Origin: Naegleria gruberi
Taxonomy: Eukaryota
DNA: 64,000 nt
Assembly (NCBI GenBank): GCA_000004985.1
Contig: GG738898.1
Direction: 5' to 3' (one strand)
Shown: positions 20,224-32,795 of the stretch, piece by piece
Layout: each line of letters begins with the position of its first letter
Position numbering within the stretch: position 1 is the first letter of the stretch
The notes under the pieces: model-generated
Seen by the model: the letters and a program-made list of their open reading frames with translations, nothing else
Database searches by the model: none
What the model was told of the DNA's origin: nothing
Made by a program: the position numbers and the translations under genes

Positions 20224-21999
20224 TTACTGAACTGATTTGAAATCTAAAATAATTCTTATTGCACCAGCAGCAAGGATAACAAGTGGTGCAGGAATATCAT
20301 AAACAGATAACATTAAAATACTGAACACAACAGTACATGCTGAGGCAATATGCAAGTTTGGAACACTTCCCAACCATAAAATGTAAACAGCAGTGAAAAC
20401 AAATCCGACAGAGGTTGCATTAACACCTTTGAGAATACTCTTAACAATTTGCTTCTGTCTATATCTGTGCCAGAATGGTAAAGCTCCCCAAACGAAAAGG
20501 AATGCAGGTAAAAACAATGCTACCCAACAAATGACGGCACCAACCACATCACCCATAATACCTCCAACATAGGCAGAAATATTGAACATTGGTCCAGGTA
20601 AGGCACTTTGTAAGGCAAAACCATTCAAGAATGAATCCTCTGTCAAATAACCCAATTCTGAAAATTCATTCAAAATCATTGGTAAAACAACATGACCTCC
20701 ACCAAATATCAAACTTCCAATTCTGTAAAATCCTTCTGCCCATTCAAGTGGTGGATATTTCACAGAAATACGAGCAATAAACAATCCAAATAAGAGGACA
20801 AAGAATATTGTCAAGAAGATTATACCCATGAATGGTCTCATTGGTAGTGGAAGTTTGGTTTCTTCAACTGTTGGTGATGCTGTTGTAGGTGGCAAGTCTT
20901 GTTCGTCCTCTTCTTCCTTTGGTGGATTGGATTCCAAATCAGCTGCATCTTCTTCATTTCTAAGGAGTTGTGGTTCAGATTCGGCTCCTGTTTCTTCCAA
21001 TTCAAATGAAGAATCACTTGTTGTTCTATTGTTGCCACGTCTCTTCAGCTTACTGAGCTTTTCACTGATATACTGCTTGAACTCTTTGATATTCATAATA
21101 AATACACGTGCAAAGAACTTGGCGGATGCAAAGAAACCTTTTGGTTTTCTCAATCCGTGCTCCTTGATTGTTCTCTGATAGAATATTTGGGTATATTCAA
21201 ATACTACATTGATAAATCCTCCACAAAACATGACAATTAAAACAGTATACCATTTTTGCCAAATGATAAATACTGCAAATGCAGCAATTAATAATGTTCT
21301 TGAAATCCTATCAGTGGTCAATCGTGATGATAACGTATATGCTGCATGAAGTACAATTGAGACAGCAGCACATGAAAATCCATTCAAAGCAACTTTCAAA
21401 TAATATGGAAACATTTCAGTGACATTTTGATCCTTTAACAAAACACCAGCACAGGCCATAATAATAGCAGTCGGTAAAGCAAAGAAAATAAATGATAATA
21501 ATCCTCCCAAATAACCAGCATGAATTGTACCAAGAGCAATCACTAATTGTGTACTAGTTGGTCCAGGTAATGATTGACAAACAGCAAACAATTCAGTAAA
21601 TTGTTCAAGAGTAACCCATTGCCTTTTCGTCACAAAATTCTCCTGTAAAATTGAAATATGTGCAGCTGGCCCACCAAAACTCAACAATCCCAAAGGAATC
21701 ATCGATGATGTAATATCCCATAATTTTAATAAATAACCTAAAAAGAAAGTTCTTCTCAATCTTTGTATTCTGGATTCCGGTTGAATATTTGGTAATGGTG
21801 ATTGTTGTTGGTCCTCTTCATCTTCATTATTAATTGATATTGTATGATGATGATTGTATTCTTGTTGTTGTTGTTCATCTTCCTCGATTATTATTTCTTC
21901 CTCATTATTATCCGATGATGATCCAATCACATTCTGTCTATTGATGATAATGTTCGATTCTCTTGGAATGTTTCCTTCCTCATCATGAAGGCTTTGCAT
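20224..21999 (-). CDS. chromate ion transporter (CHR family, two-domain ChrA-like)
   Basis: 591 aa. Two homologous halves each contain GGxxAHI…LPGP(TS/MF) motifs. The protein is polytopic and hydrophobic. The N-terminus is acidic and Q-rich. Confidence 0.8.
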   Translation of the reverse strand: MQSLHDEEGNIPRESNIIINRQNVIGSSSDNNEEEIIIEEDEQQQQEYNHHHTISINNEDEEDQQQSPLPNIQPESRIQRLRRTFFLGYLLKLWDITSSMIPLGLLSFGGPAAHISILQENFVTKRQWVTLEQFTELFAVCQSLPGPTSTQLVIALGTIHAGYLGGLLSFIFFALPTAIIMACAGVLLKDQNVTEMFPYYLKVALNGFSCAAVSIVLHAAYTLSSRLTTDRISRTLLIAAFAVFIIWQKWYTVLIVMFCGGFINVVFEYTQIFYQRTIKEHGLRKPKGFFASAKFFARVFIMNIKEFKQYISEKLSKLKRRGNNRTTSDSSFELEETGAESEPQLLRNEEDAADLESNPPKEEEDEQDLPPTTASPTVEETKLPLPMRPFMGIIFLTIFFVLLFGLFIARISVKYPPLEWAEGFYRIGSLIFGGGHVVLPMILNEFSELGYLTEDSFLNGFALQSALPGPMFNISAYVGGIMGDVVGAVICWVALFLPAFLFVWGALPFWHRYRQKQIVKSILKGVNATSVGFVFTAVYILWLGSVPNLHIASACTVVFSILMLSVYDIPAPLVILAAGAIRIILDFKSVQ

Positions 22000-22151
22000 T
22001 TTTTTGTAATTACGAAAAAAATCTTTTATTTAAAGTACCAATAGTATTAATGCATTACAATAAACTTTTTTATTATATAACAAGAATATATAATATTATT
22101 CATTCCGATACTTTGAGTTTCATATTGGCTATTAGATAATATATCATCATC

Positions 22152-22823
22152 ATGAATTATTTAATTTATTTAAAAAAAATGAAAATGAAAATTGTTTGTT
22201 TGATTGCTTGTCTCGTTGTCGTTTGTTTCCTCTCGCAACAAACCTTCGGATTTGATATCTTTGCCTCTACACAAAAGAAGATCCAACAAAGCAATGAAAA
22301 GTTGGACTTGAATGGAATTGCTCTCGTTCAAAGAGTACCAGAACATCCAGCAATTATGAAGCTGAAGAGTAAATTGATGAAGGCTAAAGAAGCATCTTGT
22401 CACTATAGTAATATTTCAAAGGATCAAAAGGCTTTTGAATGTGATGTTTCTGTTAATCAAACCATTGTTGGAGAACATGTTGCTTTCAATGCTTCATTTT
22501 CTGTTGATGTTGATTTAAAGACTGAATCAGCCATTGTTCAAATTGTTTTTGATGGAATGGTTATTTATAATAAGAATTTGACAATTGCTGATTTGACTGT
22601 ACCAATTTGCGTTACTCCAGCTGCTTTGGATAAGCTCATTTCCTTGTGTCTTGATTTTAGTCAACTTAAATTTGATGTCAATAAGGAATGTTTCAGAGCT
22701 TTTGTTTCTCTTGATTTGAAGATTATTTACATTAAGGAAATAACAATTATTCCACCACAAGAATTTGGTTGGAATATGGCTCAATGTGATGCTACAGTTC
22801 CATTCTATGCCAAGAAGAAATAA
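22152..22823 (+). CDS. secreted cysteine-containing protein of unknown function
   Basis: Signal peptide MKMKIVCLIACLVVVCFLSQQTFG. The protein has N-glycosylation sequons and several Cys. Confidence 0.55.
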   Translation: MNYLIYLKKMKMKIVCLIACLVVVCFLSQQTFGFDIFASTQKKIQQSNEKLDLNGIALVQRVPEHPAIMKLKSKLMKAKEASCHYSNISKDQKAFECDVSVNQTIVGEHVAFNASFSVDVDLKTESAIVQIVFDGMVIYNKNLTIADLTVPICVTPAALDKLISLCLDFSQLKFDVNKECFRAFVSLDLKIIYIKEITIIPPQEFGWNMAQCDATVPFYAKKK

Positions 22824-23012
22824 ATTTATTCTTCTGTGGTTTCAAGAAATTTCTTTGAAAGAAGAACTCAGAATTGGACGTTTTACTTAAATAGCTGAAC
22901 TGAACTTTGAATTATTAGTCAGTTATTCAACACACGACTTTCTAATATAAAATACCACAGTTGAAAGTTCTATTGGAACATCTCTAACAATCATCTCGCG
23001 ATATTTAAGAGA

Positions 23013-24848
23013 ATGATTTTCATAAAAAGAATGGAAATTGACACGATTATCAAATTTAATAACTCACCAATACAATGTAAATATTTGAATAAATTATTCT
23101 CGCTCCTCTTTCAAACTACAATTAGCCTTACTTTCGTATACGAAAAAATGTCTGCACAACCACATTATTCGTCGCCCTACAAAAACAATACACCATCCGG
23201 TGATGTAAATAACAACAACTATCATACACCTACAAAACCTTCCCAGCCCTTTAACGGAACATCACCTCAAACTATTTACTTGAGTCCAAGCTATTCGAAT
23301 TATTCGACTAATCCTTCAATACTAGTTTCGGCTAGTCCTGTCAGTAATCTACAACCCTATGACTTGAATCAACAACCAATCACCTTAAATATTTCTTATG
23401 ATGATGATCCATTCAATGATGAATTACCAACACAATATAGTCTTTCATCGATGGTTCCGCATAATCCTTCACTGTCGAATAGATCTAGTACAAACTCAAA
23501 TCAAAGATCTACATCAAGATTAAGCACCGGAGCTCAATCGAATAGTAGACCACAATCACCTCCTCCCCCATCATATAACGAAGCAATTGGTCATCCAACA
23601 AATGTTTCTCCAATAACTTCACCACATTCGAATAATACTTCTCCTCCTAATATCGATTTGAAATCAATGGTTGAACTCGAACCAAAAACAATTCAGGGAA
23701 GGAAAGTATATAGCACTTCTTGGAGTGAACCACCACAACATGCTGCTGGATCATCTCCAAACATAATGTATCACGATGTTTTTGTTCGAAAGTTGGATCA
23801 GGACGCTATTCAAAGGTCGACACCTAATCTCTCCAGACAAACATTCGATTTATATAATCATATAGTGAACCAGAAGGAAATTCCTGGTGATGCATCACTA
23901 TTAAGAAAGGAAAAGGACTTGTTGGGTGTCAATAAGGAACTAGAACAAAAGTCACAATCAAAGAATGCAATTCATCCAGTTGAGGTTCAGAAAGAGGATT
24001 TGGAAAAGATGGACAATGAACAGACTCCTCTTGAAAGACCAGAAGAGGAAATTCTCTACGATATTTACAGAACTAAAAACAAGCTGGAAGATTTGAGAAA
24101 GGAGCTGGCAGCAAAACAGTCACGAAAAAGCAAAGTTTGCTGGAATATGAGTTTTCTAGGTTTGGATGTTTTAGAGATTTTAGTGACAATTTTGTTGATC
24201 AACTTTTGTGTTGCCTCATTCTGGAGAGGAACTTGGGTTCTCATAGAGAGCTATGTTGTGTTTGGAGGGACAAGTCCTGAGAGGGCAGCCCAAATTAATT
24301 TAATATATTTAGGAATAGGTATTGCATCAGTCGGTTTCTTCCAATTATTGAGTGTGGTTGTGAGCAATCATGATGTTCACACTATTCTCCATAAATACTG
24401 GAAGAGTGTCAGGGAAAGTTTCAGAGATTCCGATAGACCCTATCACAAAATGAGACCAAAGATATTTGGATTTTGCATTCTTTCATTCCTGTGGATTGTT
24501 GAGAAGGTTCACGTTTATATCGTAGCTGTTGGATGTGTATTTTGCTGGAGAGGTGTCTTTGGTATTTGGGATTCGTATATTGCTCCATACATGGATAAGG
24601 AAAATCAAATTATCAGTGGTTGGTTATCTCATGGTTTAGGCCTGGTGTTTGTCTTAATATTCGGTTGTATGAATAGTCTGACAGTTGCCCCAGCCAGAAC
24701 AACCAATGATAGAATGATGAGTTTCTCAGGTTTCGTCGGTTCCAAGTGGAATTTCATCACCAATTTCATTAAGGAACACAAAAAGACCAATCAAGAACGA
24801 AAAATATTGAAAGAATGTGCCAGAAGAGACTCTGTTACCAGTAACTAA
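23013..24848 (+). CDS. multi-pass membrane protein with S/P/N-rich N-terminal region and a PPPPSY (PY) motif
   Basis: The 611-aa ORF has several predicted TM helices in the C-terminal half (…LEILVTILLINFCVASFW…, …IYLGIGIASVGFFQLL…). A PY motif lies in a low-complexity N-terminus. Confidence 0.55.
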   Translation: MIFIKRMEIDTIIKFNNSPIQCKYLNKLFSLLFQTTISLTFVYEKMSAQPHYSSPYKNNTPSGDVNNNNYHTPTKPSQPFNGTSPQTIYLSPSYSNYSTNPSILVSASPVSNLQPYDLNQQPITLNISYDDDPFNDELPTQYSLSSMVPHNPSLSNRSSTNSNQRSTSRLSTGAQSNSRPQSPPPPSYNEAIGHPTNVSPITSPHSNNTSPPNIDLKSMVELEPKTIQGRKVYSTSWSEPPQHAAGSSPNIMYHDVFVRKLDQDAIQRSTPNLSRQTFDLYNHIVNQKEIPGDASLLRKEKDLLGVNKELEQKSQSKNAIHPVEVQKEDLEKMDNEQTPLERPEEEILYDIYRTKNKLEDLRKELAAKQSRKSKVCWNMSFLGLDVLEILVTILLINFCVASFWRGTWVLIESYVVFGGTSPERAAQINLIYLGIGIASVGFFQLLSVVVSNHDVHTILHKYWKSVRESFRDSDRPYHKMRPKIFGFCILSFLWIVEKVHVYIVAVGCVFCWRGVFGIWDSYIAPYMDKENQIISGWLSHGLGLVFVLIFGCMNSLTVAPARTTNDRMMSFSGFVGSKWNFITNFIKEHKKTNQERKILKECARRDSVTSN

Positions 24849-24879
24849 CATGGTAATTAGGAGCTACGTGTTTTCAAGT

Positions 24880-26218
24880 TCACCTAATAAATTTATTCAT
24901 TATATCTAACATTATTGAAGCAATTTGATTGAATGCTTTATTGTATTCTTCCTTCTTTTCCAGGTATTGATTTTGGGAAGGATTAAGGTCGCTAAGAAAT
25001 GCATACATGCACATCATCAGTTCAATCAAGCGGTATATGAGATGTAAATCTTGAATGGATGATAGTAAAGGTTCAACTCGCTCAATTAATACTGTCAGAA
25101 CAGCCTTTCTTTTTGTTTCTTCTTTCAAGAATGTTAAAGAACTATGTAAAATAATATTGAAGAACGGAGCTGTTCTATGAATAATTCGAACAAGTAACTG
25201 GTTCATGATTCTAATACACTCAAATGTTAATACCTCCAACTTGTCAATTACCGGAGTGAGGTCATTTAACTGAAGTAATGGACTTGCAATATTATGAATG
25301 GCAAATAGCCTTCCTTCATCATCTAGATTCATCTCTCTAATATTTACCGATACATACAGTAAATTTAATGATGTGGGGTTATTTTCTGCCAATTCAATAA
25401 GATCAATAAGCTCTTTAGGTTGTTTCAGAGCTTGGTTAATCTCTGATAAAATTCTTGCTAACTCTATTGACACTTCCATGTCAAACCCTGCAAAACATCG
25501 CATATGTTCACTCCTCAACATGGAAATAATACCTTCAGTATCTATTAATTGTCTAGGTGCACCTAATAATAAGGAGGAAACAAACAGCTCCAACTTATTC
25601 AGTGGAATAATTTCCATAAAATCTCGTAGCCATAACCAATATGAGGTATCTTCAATAAAGATTGCTGAAGAAAAAGAGAGGCATTCGTAGGCCATTTCCA
25701 AGTGTTTGTCCCTTTCGGTGCAATGATAAGCTTTGAATATATGTATCATGCCATTGACAAAATACTCGAACTGGTGTGGGATGTTAACAGTGAATGTTAG
25801 GGAAAACAGAGCATTCACGAAATGTATTGCTTACAGACTTCAACTCTTCCCAGATAAGGGATTCGGATTGGTTAGAATGTTCTTCAATTAAATTAACAAC
25901 AGACACTTGTGTAAGTTCCATCCAAACAGTTTTTGTTTCTCCGTTAACATGCTGCAACACTTTGGTAGGATCATTGCTCACTTCTTCCACTACTGTGTTT
26001 CCATGCACTTTCATTGCCTTTATCAAAAATAGTAGAGAAGTTAATTCTTTATGTTGGTTCTTAGTGTGTAGATGAACAGCTAGTTGATACAAATCCTGGT
26101 CTTCCACTTCCTCAATCACTTTTTCTACAAATAACCTATCTAATACACGTATAGGATGAGAAAATTGTGGTTTTAAATATGTGGTGATGAGTTCAAGAGA
26201 TTTTATCATTTTTTTCAA
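24880..26218 (-). CDS. alpha-helical protein of unknown function, 2 exons
   Basis: Two overlapping ORFs in different frames join through a 64-nt intron (GTAAGC…CACCAG) at about 25771-25834. The join gives …WEELKS|FEYFVNGMIHIF…. Confidence 0.6.
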
Positions 26219-26433
26219 AGATTTCTTAATGCAATCATTCTTCCTATTTTATGTTTTTCGATTGGTACTTTATAATAGTGAGTAATCTCAATCAAAGTTG
26301 CGAACAATTATTTCAACATTTTCTAGAGTTCCAAGTTCCCAAAGAGTGAAATTTGAATATGCATTTTCAAAAATTACAATAAAACACAATGCACTTCCAG
26401 AAATGATGAACTTTTGAAACAACACAAAAAAAA

Positions 26434-27612
26434 ATGTTACAAGACATGCCAGAGATTCCCATCGATGACTTTGATGAGGAACAATCAACACAAGAAACAT
26501 CAACAAACTTTGACAGAAGCAAGACAAATAAGAAGAAGAAACTTCATGATAGAGATGTCTATCAACTCGTTGCCAAGTATCCGAGTGCTAAAGAGAAGTC
26601 ATCTGGAGGTGGTTCTAATAGGAGATGGGTTGAGGGAGTGACAATGGTTTTTGCTCAGGAGAAGATTGATGGTTCTCAACTCTCTGTTAAACGAATGTAT
26701 AAGGATGAGATGGAATTGGTGGAGAAGAATAGTTGTTGTGGAAGGGATGATGATGATGAGGAGGAAGGAGATTCGGAAAATGTAGTGGAAACACCAAGTT
26801 CTCTTCCAGAATTTGTAAAGGACACTGATAGAGAAACACAACTTGTGTTTAGGTCAAAGAGAGGTCCAATTGGTTGTGATACTTTCTTTGGAGATGCTGT
26901 TCGTTCAGTTTCGACACTTGCTGATTTATTGAGGCCGAATTGGACCTATAGAGGTGAAACTGTAACACGATTGAGACATACTAGAATTTTATATGGTAGA
27001 ATTCCAAAACATTCATTTGTGTTATTCGAAATTCAAAATGAAAAGGGCCACTATTTGCCTCCAAATTTAATTCAAGAAGAAGCTGAAAGAATTGGTTTTG
27101 AATATTCTCAAATTTTATATCAAGGCATTCTGGATTTTAAGAAATTGAAAGAAGTTGCAAATAATTCCAAATCTCAACTTGGTGGTTTTGCAATGATTGA
27201 AGGTATTGTGACAAAAATGTACAAAAATGGTAAAATGTCATCCTTCAAATTAGTTGCCAAACAATACAAGGAAACAAAAACCAAGAAAATCATGAAGATT
27301 AATGAATTCTCAGAATTAGATAAGAAATTAAAAGTAATTGCAAAGGGAGTGTGCACTAGGTCAAGATGGGAAAAGGCAATTTTCAGATTTTTGGAAAATG
27401 GAGGTGAGAAAAAGGATTCAGATTTGGGAGGTAAAATTTCTCTTGAAATTAAGAACGATATCATGAAGGAAGAAACGGAAACAGTTATTCGATTGTTGAA
27501 AGAGAATGATATTGAGTACACTGATACCATTCTCAATGTTATTCTGGAACATGCAGTGGATGGAGCCAAAGATTGGGCCAAAGATTTTGTCAAAAACCTC
27601 GACAATGTCTAA
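26434..27612 (+). CDS. ATP-dependent polynucleotide (RNA) ligase-like nucleotidyltransferase
   Basis: 392 aa. It has motif I AQEKIDGSQL (KxDG), motif IV IEGIVTK and motif V FKLVAK in the expected order and spacing. Confidence 0.55.
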   Translation: MLQDMPEIPIDDFDEEQSTQETSTNFDRSKTNKKKKLHDRDVYQLVAKYPSAKEKSSGGGSNRRWVEGVTMVFAQEKIDGSQLSVKRMYKDEMELVEKNSCCGRDDDDEEEGDSENVVETPSSLPEFVKDTDRETQLVFRSKRGPIGCDTFFGDAVRSVSTLADLLRPNWTYRGETVTRLRHTRILYGRIPKHSFVLFEIQNEKGHYLPPNLIQEEAERIGFEYSQILYQGILDFKKLKEVANNSKSQLGGFAMIEGIVTKMYKNGKMSSFKLVAKQYKETKTKKIMKINEFSELDKKLKVIAKGVCTRSRWEKAIFRFLENGGEKKDSDLGGKISLEIKNDIMKEETETVIRLLKENDIEYTDTILNVILEHAVDGAKDWAKDFVKNLDNV

Positions 27613-28104
27613 TTCTTCCAATAAATTCACATCCTAAACTATTCGAAACCAAACGATTCGCTTCACACTACAATTTTCTAAATTTTGGCGCGTAACCAAT
27701 TCTGGCGCACATGACCATTTTCAACATGTCCATAAAAAAAATTACAACCAAATATTCTTGGAGTTTTGATCCTAACACAATCTTTGAAAAAATAAAGCAA
27801 AAAAGAATATCACACAATATCAGGACAATATTTTCAAAGCCTTCTTTAAATATTATTTAAATATTATTTTCAATAATTGTTGTTATTGTTGTGCTTTACG
27901 GGACAAGCTAATTTATTCTTCTTTGTTATTGGAAATCTTATTGGAGGAAGTGTAACAATCATTGAGAGTAGAGAGCATCATTATATAATTGAAACAAATA
28001 ATAACAATATTGCAATAGCTATTGAACAATAACAACATCAATAGAAGGAGTTTTTAATAATTATAATAATAACAAAAATAGTTTTTTGGGAGGAGGAAAA
28101 CAAA

Positions 28105-29460
28105 ATGTTTAATTCAATATCGGCCAATGATGATTTTATGAATTCTTTAATGACTGGAGAGGAGGAAACGTTTACGAGTAGTGGGAGTGCTGGTCAGCAT
28201 CGAAATAGATATTTGGAAAAGTCGAAACAGAGCAAATCACCAACAATGAATTCTTCATCACCTTCATCATCACCTAAATTACAGGATTCAACAAATAGAC
28301 GATATACAATGACACCTGGTGGTCAACCAAAGTTAGCTTCTGAGATGGTTCCTATTCCATCTTCCCGAAATACGAATTACGGAAGAAGATTGAGATATAA
28401 TTTGTTTGGAACATCTGCTCCATCGAATGGAATGGATAGTAATAATTCGAATATGAGTTCGCAACCACCAATTGACTCATTACCAGAACAACAAATTTCT
28501 AATTCTGTTGCAACTTCTGTAATAAGCAGAACCAACAGTTTGTACAGTAATAATAGTACACAAGTACCTTATAATCCTATCGAGTTCCAAATTGAAAGAG
28601 AAAATCTCACTTTTAATACTGATCAAGAAGTGCCCAGGTTTAAAATTGGCATTTTTGGACGAAATTCTTCCATATTTACAATTCTATTTGTTCTTCACCT
28701 TAAAAGTGAATGGTATTACATGGATGGAAAGTTAAAATCGACGGATTCATTTAGATTGGATCCCACTTCTGACAGCTTTATATCAACAAGGCCAATTATG
28801 AATCCAATAGAATCTGATGAAAATGAATTAGCACTTGTTTCGTTGGAATGGATTGATATGTCTCCTACACATAACCAATACCAACTAAAGGATACTGAAG
28901 GATTCGTGTATGTTTTAGATATTGGTTGCAAAGTAAATGGTGAAGAATATTTGCCAAAGAGTTTTGAGGATCAATTACGAGTTGCAATTCAGTACTTGCA
29001 AACATATATCAAGAGGAGAATAATGAGGAATAACAAGAACGAAAATTTTGAGGAATTTGAGGAACCAGTTGTGTTCTTGTGTTATCATGACGAGGATTTG
29101 TACAATTTGAGAGAGGAAGAATTAAACAATTCTCTAGATAAGAGAAATTCTATAATAATGACAAATGAAGACGATTCACCATTAGAAGAAAGCGCCAGGT
29201 CTATAAATATTCGAAATGCAATTCAAAAAACCTTAAACGAACAAATACCACTCAAGTTAAAGAATACCAAAGTTTATGTTCAGGAGGCTAAAGATCACAA
29301 ATCCATAGGATCCTTCATAGACAATAGTTTCGCCTTTCTTGCAAGCGAAATTACATTATCCAAATTCATGAATGAACACAAAGCGAAAAATGGCCAAAAT
29401 TCAATATCATCTTTCTTTGCCTCTAGTAGAGACGAGGAAGTTTCAGATAATCTATTGTAA
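28105..29460 (+). CDS. Ser/Asn-rich hypothetical protein
   Basis: 451-aa single ORF. Its 3' end overlaps the 3' end of the convergent DUF4116 gene by about 9 nt. Confidence 0.5.
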   Translation: MFNSISANDDFMNSLMTGEEETFTSSGSAGQHRNRYLEKSKQSKSPTMNSSSPSSSPKLQDSTNRRYTMTPGGQPKLASEMVPIPSSRNTNYGRRLRYNLFGTSAPSNGMDSNNSNMSSQPPIDSLPEQQISNSVATSVISRTNSLYSNNSTQVPYNPIEFQIERENLTFNTDQEVPRFKIGIFGRNSSIFTILFVLHLKSEWYYMDGKLKSTDSFRLDPTSDSFISTRPIMNPIESDENELALVSLEWIDMSPTHNQYQLKDTEGFVYVLDIGCKVNGEEYLPKSFEDQLRVAIQYLQTYIKRRIMRNNKNENFEEFEEPVVFLCYHDEDLYNLREEELNNSLDKRNSIIMTNEDDSPLEESARSINIRNAIQKTLNEQIPLKLKNTKVYVQEAKDHKSIGSFIDNSFAFLASEITLSKFMNEHKAKNGQNSISSFFASSRDEEVSDNLL

Positions 29461-31249
29461 ATTATTTAAATGTGGAATCTTTTCCTTAAGCAAGTTGTAA
29501 ACCTCTTCATTCTTCATGAACATGGTTGGAAGGTGTAGATAAATATATTTTTCAATATCAGCAGGAGTGTTGTGTTGGAGTGCCTTAACAACAAGTTCTG
29601 AGGTAAGAAAATTGTAAGGAATAATCTTGAAATTAGTTGGTTCAGTAATTGCCAATTTGATAAAATCTGTATCTCTCTTTTGATAAAAGTCTAACCCAAC
29701 ATATAATTTTGGCTGGGCTGTCAATATCTTGATAATATTCTCTTTTGAAGTAAATTTTTCTGGAACATCTATCCATCTATATTGCATATGCTGCAAAGCA
29801 ATTATAACCATCTCAAGAGTTAATATCTCTTCCTTAATCATTGAAAGAATTGAAGGACTACAATTATATCCTTGAGAGAGAGCCGTCATTACTAGATCTG
29901 GAGTTTGGTGCACATATGAAATTGTTGCTGGATTAGTCATCACAAGATGCTGAATCATGTTATCACTCAAGTAAACATCCTTAGGCAGTATTTTCAACAA
30001 CTCTACTCCATATTTGTTATTTGCTAATTTCATTAATACATCCTCGTCCAGAAGTAATGACTTATCAACACAAGAAAGGTCAAGTTTTTGCCCATAAAAA
30101 TTTCTAACTAAACTCAGTAATTCCAATATGAATTGTTTGTTTGATCTCAGTTTAGGACTTATTAAGGGGAATGCCGAAGTGTGTACTTGTAAGAGTAATA
30201 GAGCTTTAGGATAATCATGGCAAAACAAATAAAGTGTTTGATCGGGTATATAATCAAAGTTCGAAAAATAGGTACCTCCTTTTTGGATCATTGAGTTTAA
30301 TGTTGTTGTTAACACTTCAACATCAACTTTCAAAGATTCAGGAAGGGATTTGTAAAGAGAGCCACGATCATGGAATACTAATTTGAGAGCTACCTCCTTA
30401 TCCGATTTCAATCTATCAGAAATAATGTTAAAGAGAATCAAGGTATTGTTATAAGTTATTGATTCCAATATCAAGCTCTTGTCGTCACTAACTTCAAAAG
30501 GCACTGTTGCACTAAAGCTGTAAGTAATATTTTTGAAAGTTGTCAACACAATATCTCTATCCTTCTTGAGTCTTTCCGAGATGAATTCATATTTGCGATA
30601 GGAAGATTTTACAGCACTAAGTGCTATTTCCTTATCGTCTTTGAAGAGGGGTGATATTTTTGATATACACAGTCCATTTTTCACTGCCTCTAAGCAAATA
30701 TCACGATCCTCTTTCAAGTTGTCAGACAGGGACAGATAAGTATTGCATGTCTTTTGAATCATATTCAATGCATATTCTTTGTTCTCTATTATTGACTTGG
30801 GAATGAATTCTACAACAGAAAGAGTAGGCATCTCCTCCATTCTGAACGGCTTGGATCTGATAGTCTCTTGTGCAATTTCTGTTCCTTTCACTCTTTCAGA
30901 ACAAAATCTAACAGTAAGAGGATGCATAAGCAGAATGTCTTTCATAAATATTTCGTCATCTTTGATTTCATCTGAAGCATATTGAATAGCATCTAAATAA
31001 TTTGACACAGCTGCACAAACAATATCTCTATTATTCCTTAGTTCTTTGGAAACATATTTCAATTGACTCCCATTATTCCTTAAATATTTCAACACAAATT
31101 CGGGATCATTCTTCTTTTCTTCAGTTGCGAACCTGATAGGCTCTCGTTTCGGTACAATTTTGAGATTCAACTTTTGTTGTGGTAATAGACTTTTGAACCA
31201 TTTCTTCATGTTACCTAACTTGTTAAATGAATAATTCTCGAATCCCATT
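29452..31249 (-). CDS. DUF4116-repeat protein, partial, N-terminus in gap
   Basis: Repeated units of the type …(D/N)R(D/E)IVL(A/T)AV…AL(Q/K)YAS(D/E)ELK(N/D)D…, e.g. LRNNRDIVCAAVSNYLDAIQYASDEIKDDEIFM and LKEDRDICLEAVKNG. The ORF continues into the N-run. Confidence 0.7.
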
Positions 31250-32795
31250 NNNNNNNNNNNNNNNNNNNNNNNNNNNNNNNNNNNNNNNNNNNNNNNNNNN
31301 NNNNNNNNNNNNNNNNNNNNNNNNNNNNNNNNNNNNNNNNNNNNNNNNNNNNNNNNNNNNNNNNNNNNNNNNNNNNNNNNNNNNNNNNNNNNNNNNNNNN
31401 NNNNNNNNNNNNNNNNNNNNNNNNNNNNNNNNNNNNNNNNNNNNNNNNNNNNNNNNNNNNNNNNNNNNNNNNNNNNNNNNNNNNNNNNNNNNNNNNNNNN
31501 NNNNNNNNNNNNNNNNNNNNNNNNNNNNNNNNNNNNNNNNNNNNNNNNNNNNNNNNNNNNNNNNNNNNNNNNNNNNNNNNNNNNNNNNNNNNNNNNNNNN
31601 NNNNNNNNNNNNNNNNNNNNNNNNNNNNNNNNNNNNNNNNNNNNNNNNNNNNNNNNNNNNNNNNNNNNNNNNNNNNNNNNNNNNNNNNNNNNNNNNNNNN
31701 NNNNNNNNNNNNNNNNNNNNNNNNNNNNNNNNNNNNNNNNNNNNNNNNNNNNNNNNNNNNNNNNNNNNNNNNNNNNNNNNNNNNNNNNNNNNNNNNNNNN
31801 NNNNNNNNNNNNNNNNNNNNNNNNNNNNNNNNNNNNNNNNNNNNNNNNNNNNNNNNNNNNNNNNNNNNNNNNNNNNNNNNNNNNNNNNNNNNNNNNNNNN
31901 NNNNNNNNNNNNNNNNNNNNNNNNNNNNNNNNNNNNNNNNNNNNNNNNNNNNNNNNNNNNNNNNNNNNNNNNNNNNNNNNNNNNNNNNNNNNNNNNNNNN
32001 NNNNNNNNNNNNNNNNNNNNNNNNNNNNNNNNNNNNNNNNNNNNNNNNNNNNNNNNNNNNNNNNNNNNNNNNNNNNNNNNNNNNNNNNNNNNNNNNNNNN
32101 NNNNNNNNNNNNNNNNNNNNNNNNNNNNNNNNNNNNNNNNNNNNNNNNNNNNNNNNNNNNNNNNNNNNNNNNNNNNNNNNNNNNNNNNNNNNNNNNNNNN
32201 NNNNNNNNNNNNNNNNNNNNNNNNNNNNNNNNNNNNNNNNNNNNNNNNNNNNNNNNNNNNNNNNNNNNNNNNNNNNNNNNNNNNNNNNNNNNNNNNNNNN
32301 NNNNNNNNNNNNNNNNNNNNNNNNNNNNNNNNNNNNNNNNNNNNNNNNNNNNNNNNNNNNNNNNNNNNNNNNNNNNNNNNNNNNNNNNNNNNNNNNNNNN
32401 NNNNNNNNNNNNNNNNNNNNNNNNNNNNNNNNNNNNNNNNNNNNNNNNNNNNNNNNNNNNNNNNNNNNNNNNNNNNNNNNNNNNNNNNNNNNNNNNNNNN
32501 NNNNNNNNNNNNNNNNNNNNNNNNNNNNNNNNNNNNNNNNNNNNNNNNNNNNNNNNNNNNNNNNNNNNNNNNNNNNNNNNNNNNNNNNNNNNNNNNNNNN
32601 NNNNNNNNNNNNNNNNNNNNNNNNNNNNNNNNNNNNNNNNNNNNNNNNNNNNNNNNNNNNNNNNNNNNNNNNNNNNNNNNNNNNNNNNNNNNNNNNNNNN
32701 NNNNNNNNNNNNNNNNNNNNNNNNNNNNNNNNNNNNNNNNNNNNNNNNNNNNNNNNNNNNNNNNNNNNNNNNNNNNNNNNNNNNNNNNNNNNNNN
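31250..32795. other. assembly gap (run of N)
   Basis: Literal N characters. Confidence 1.
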
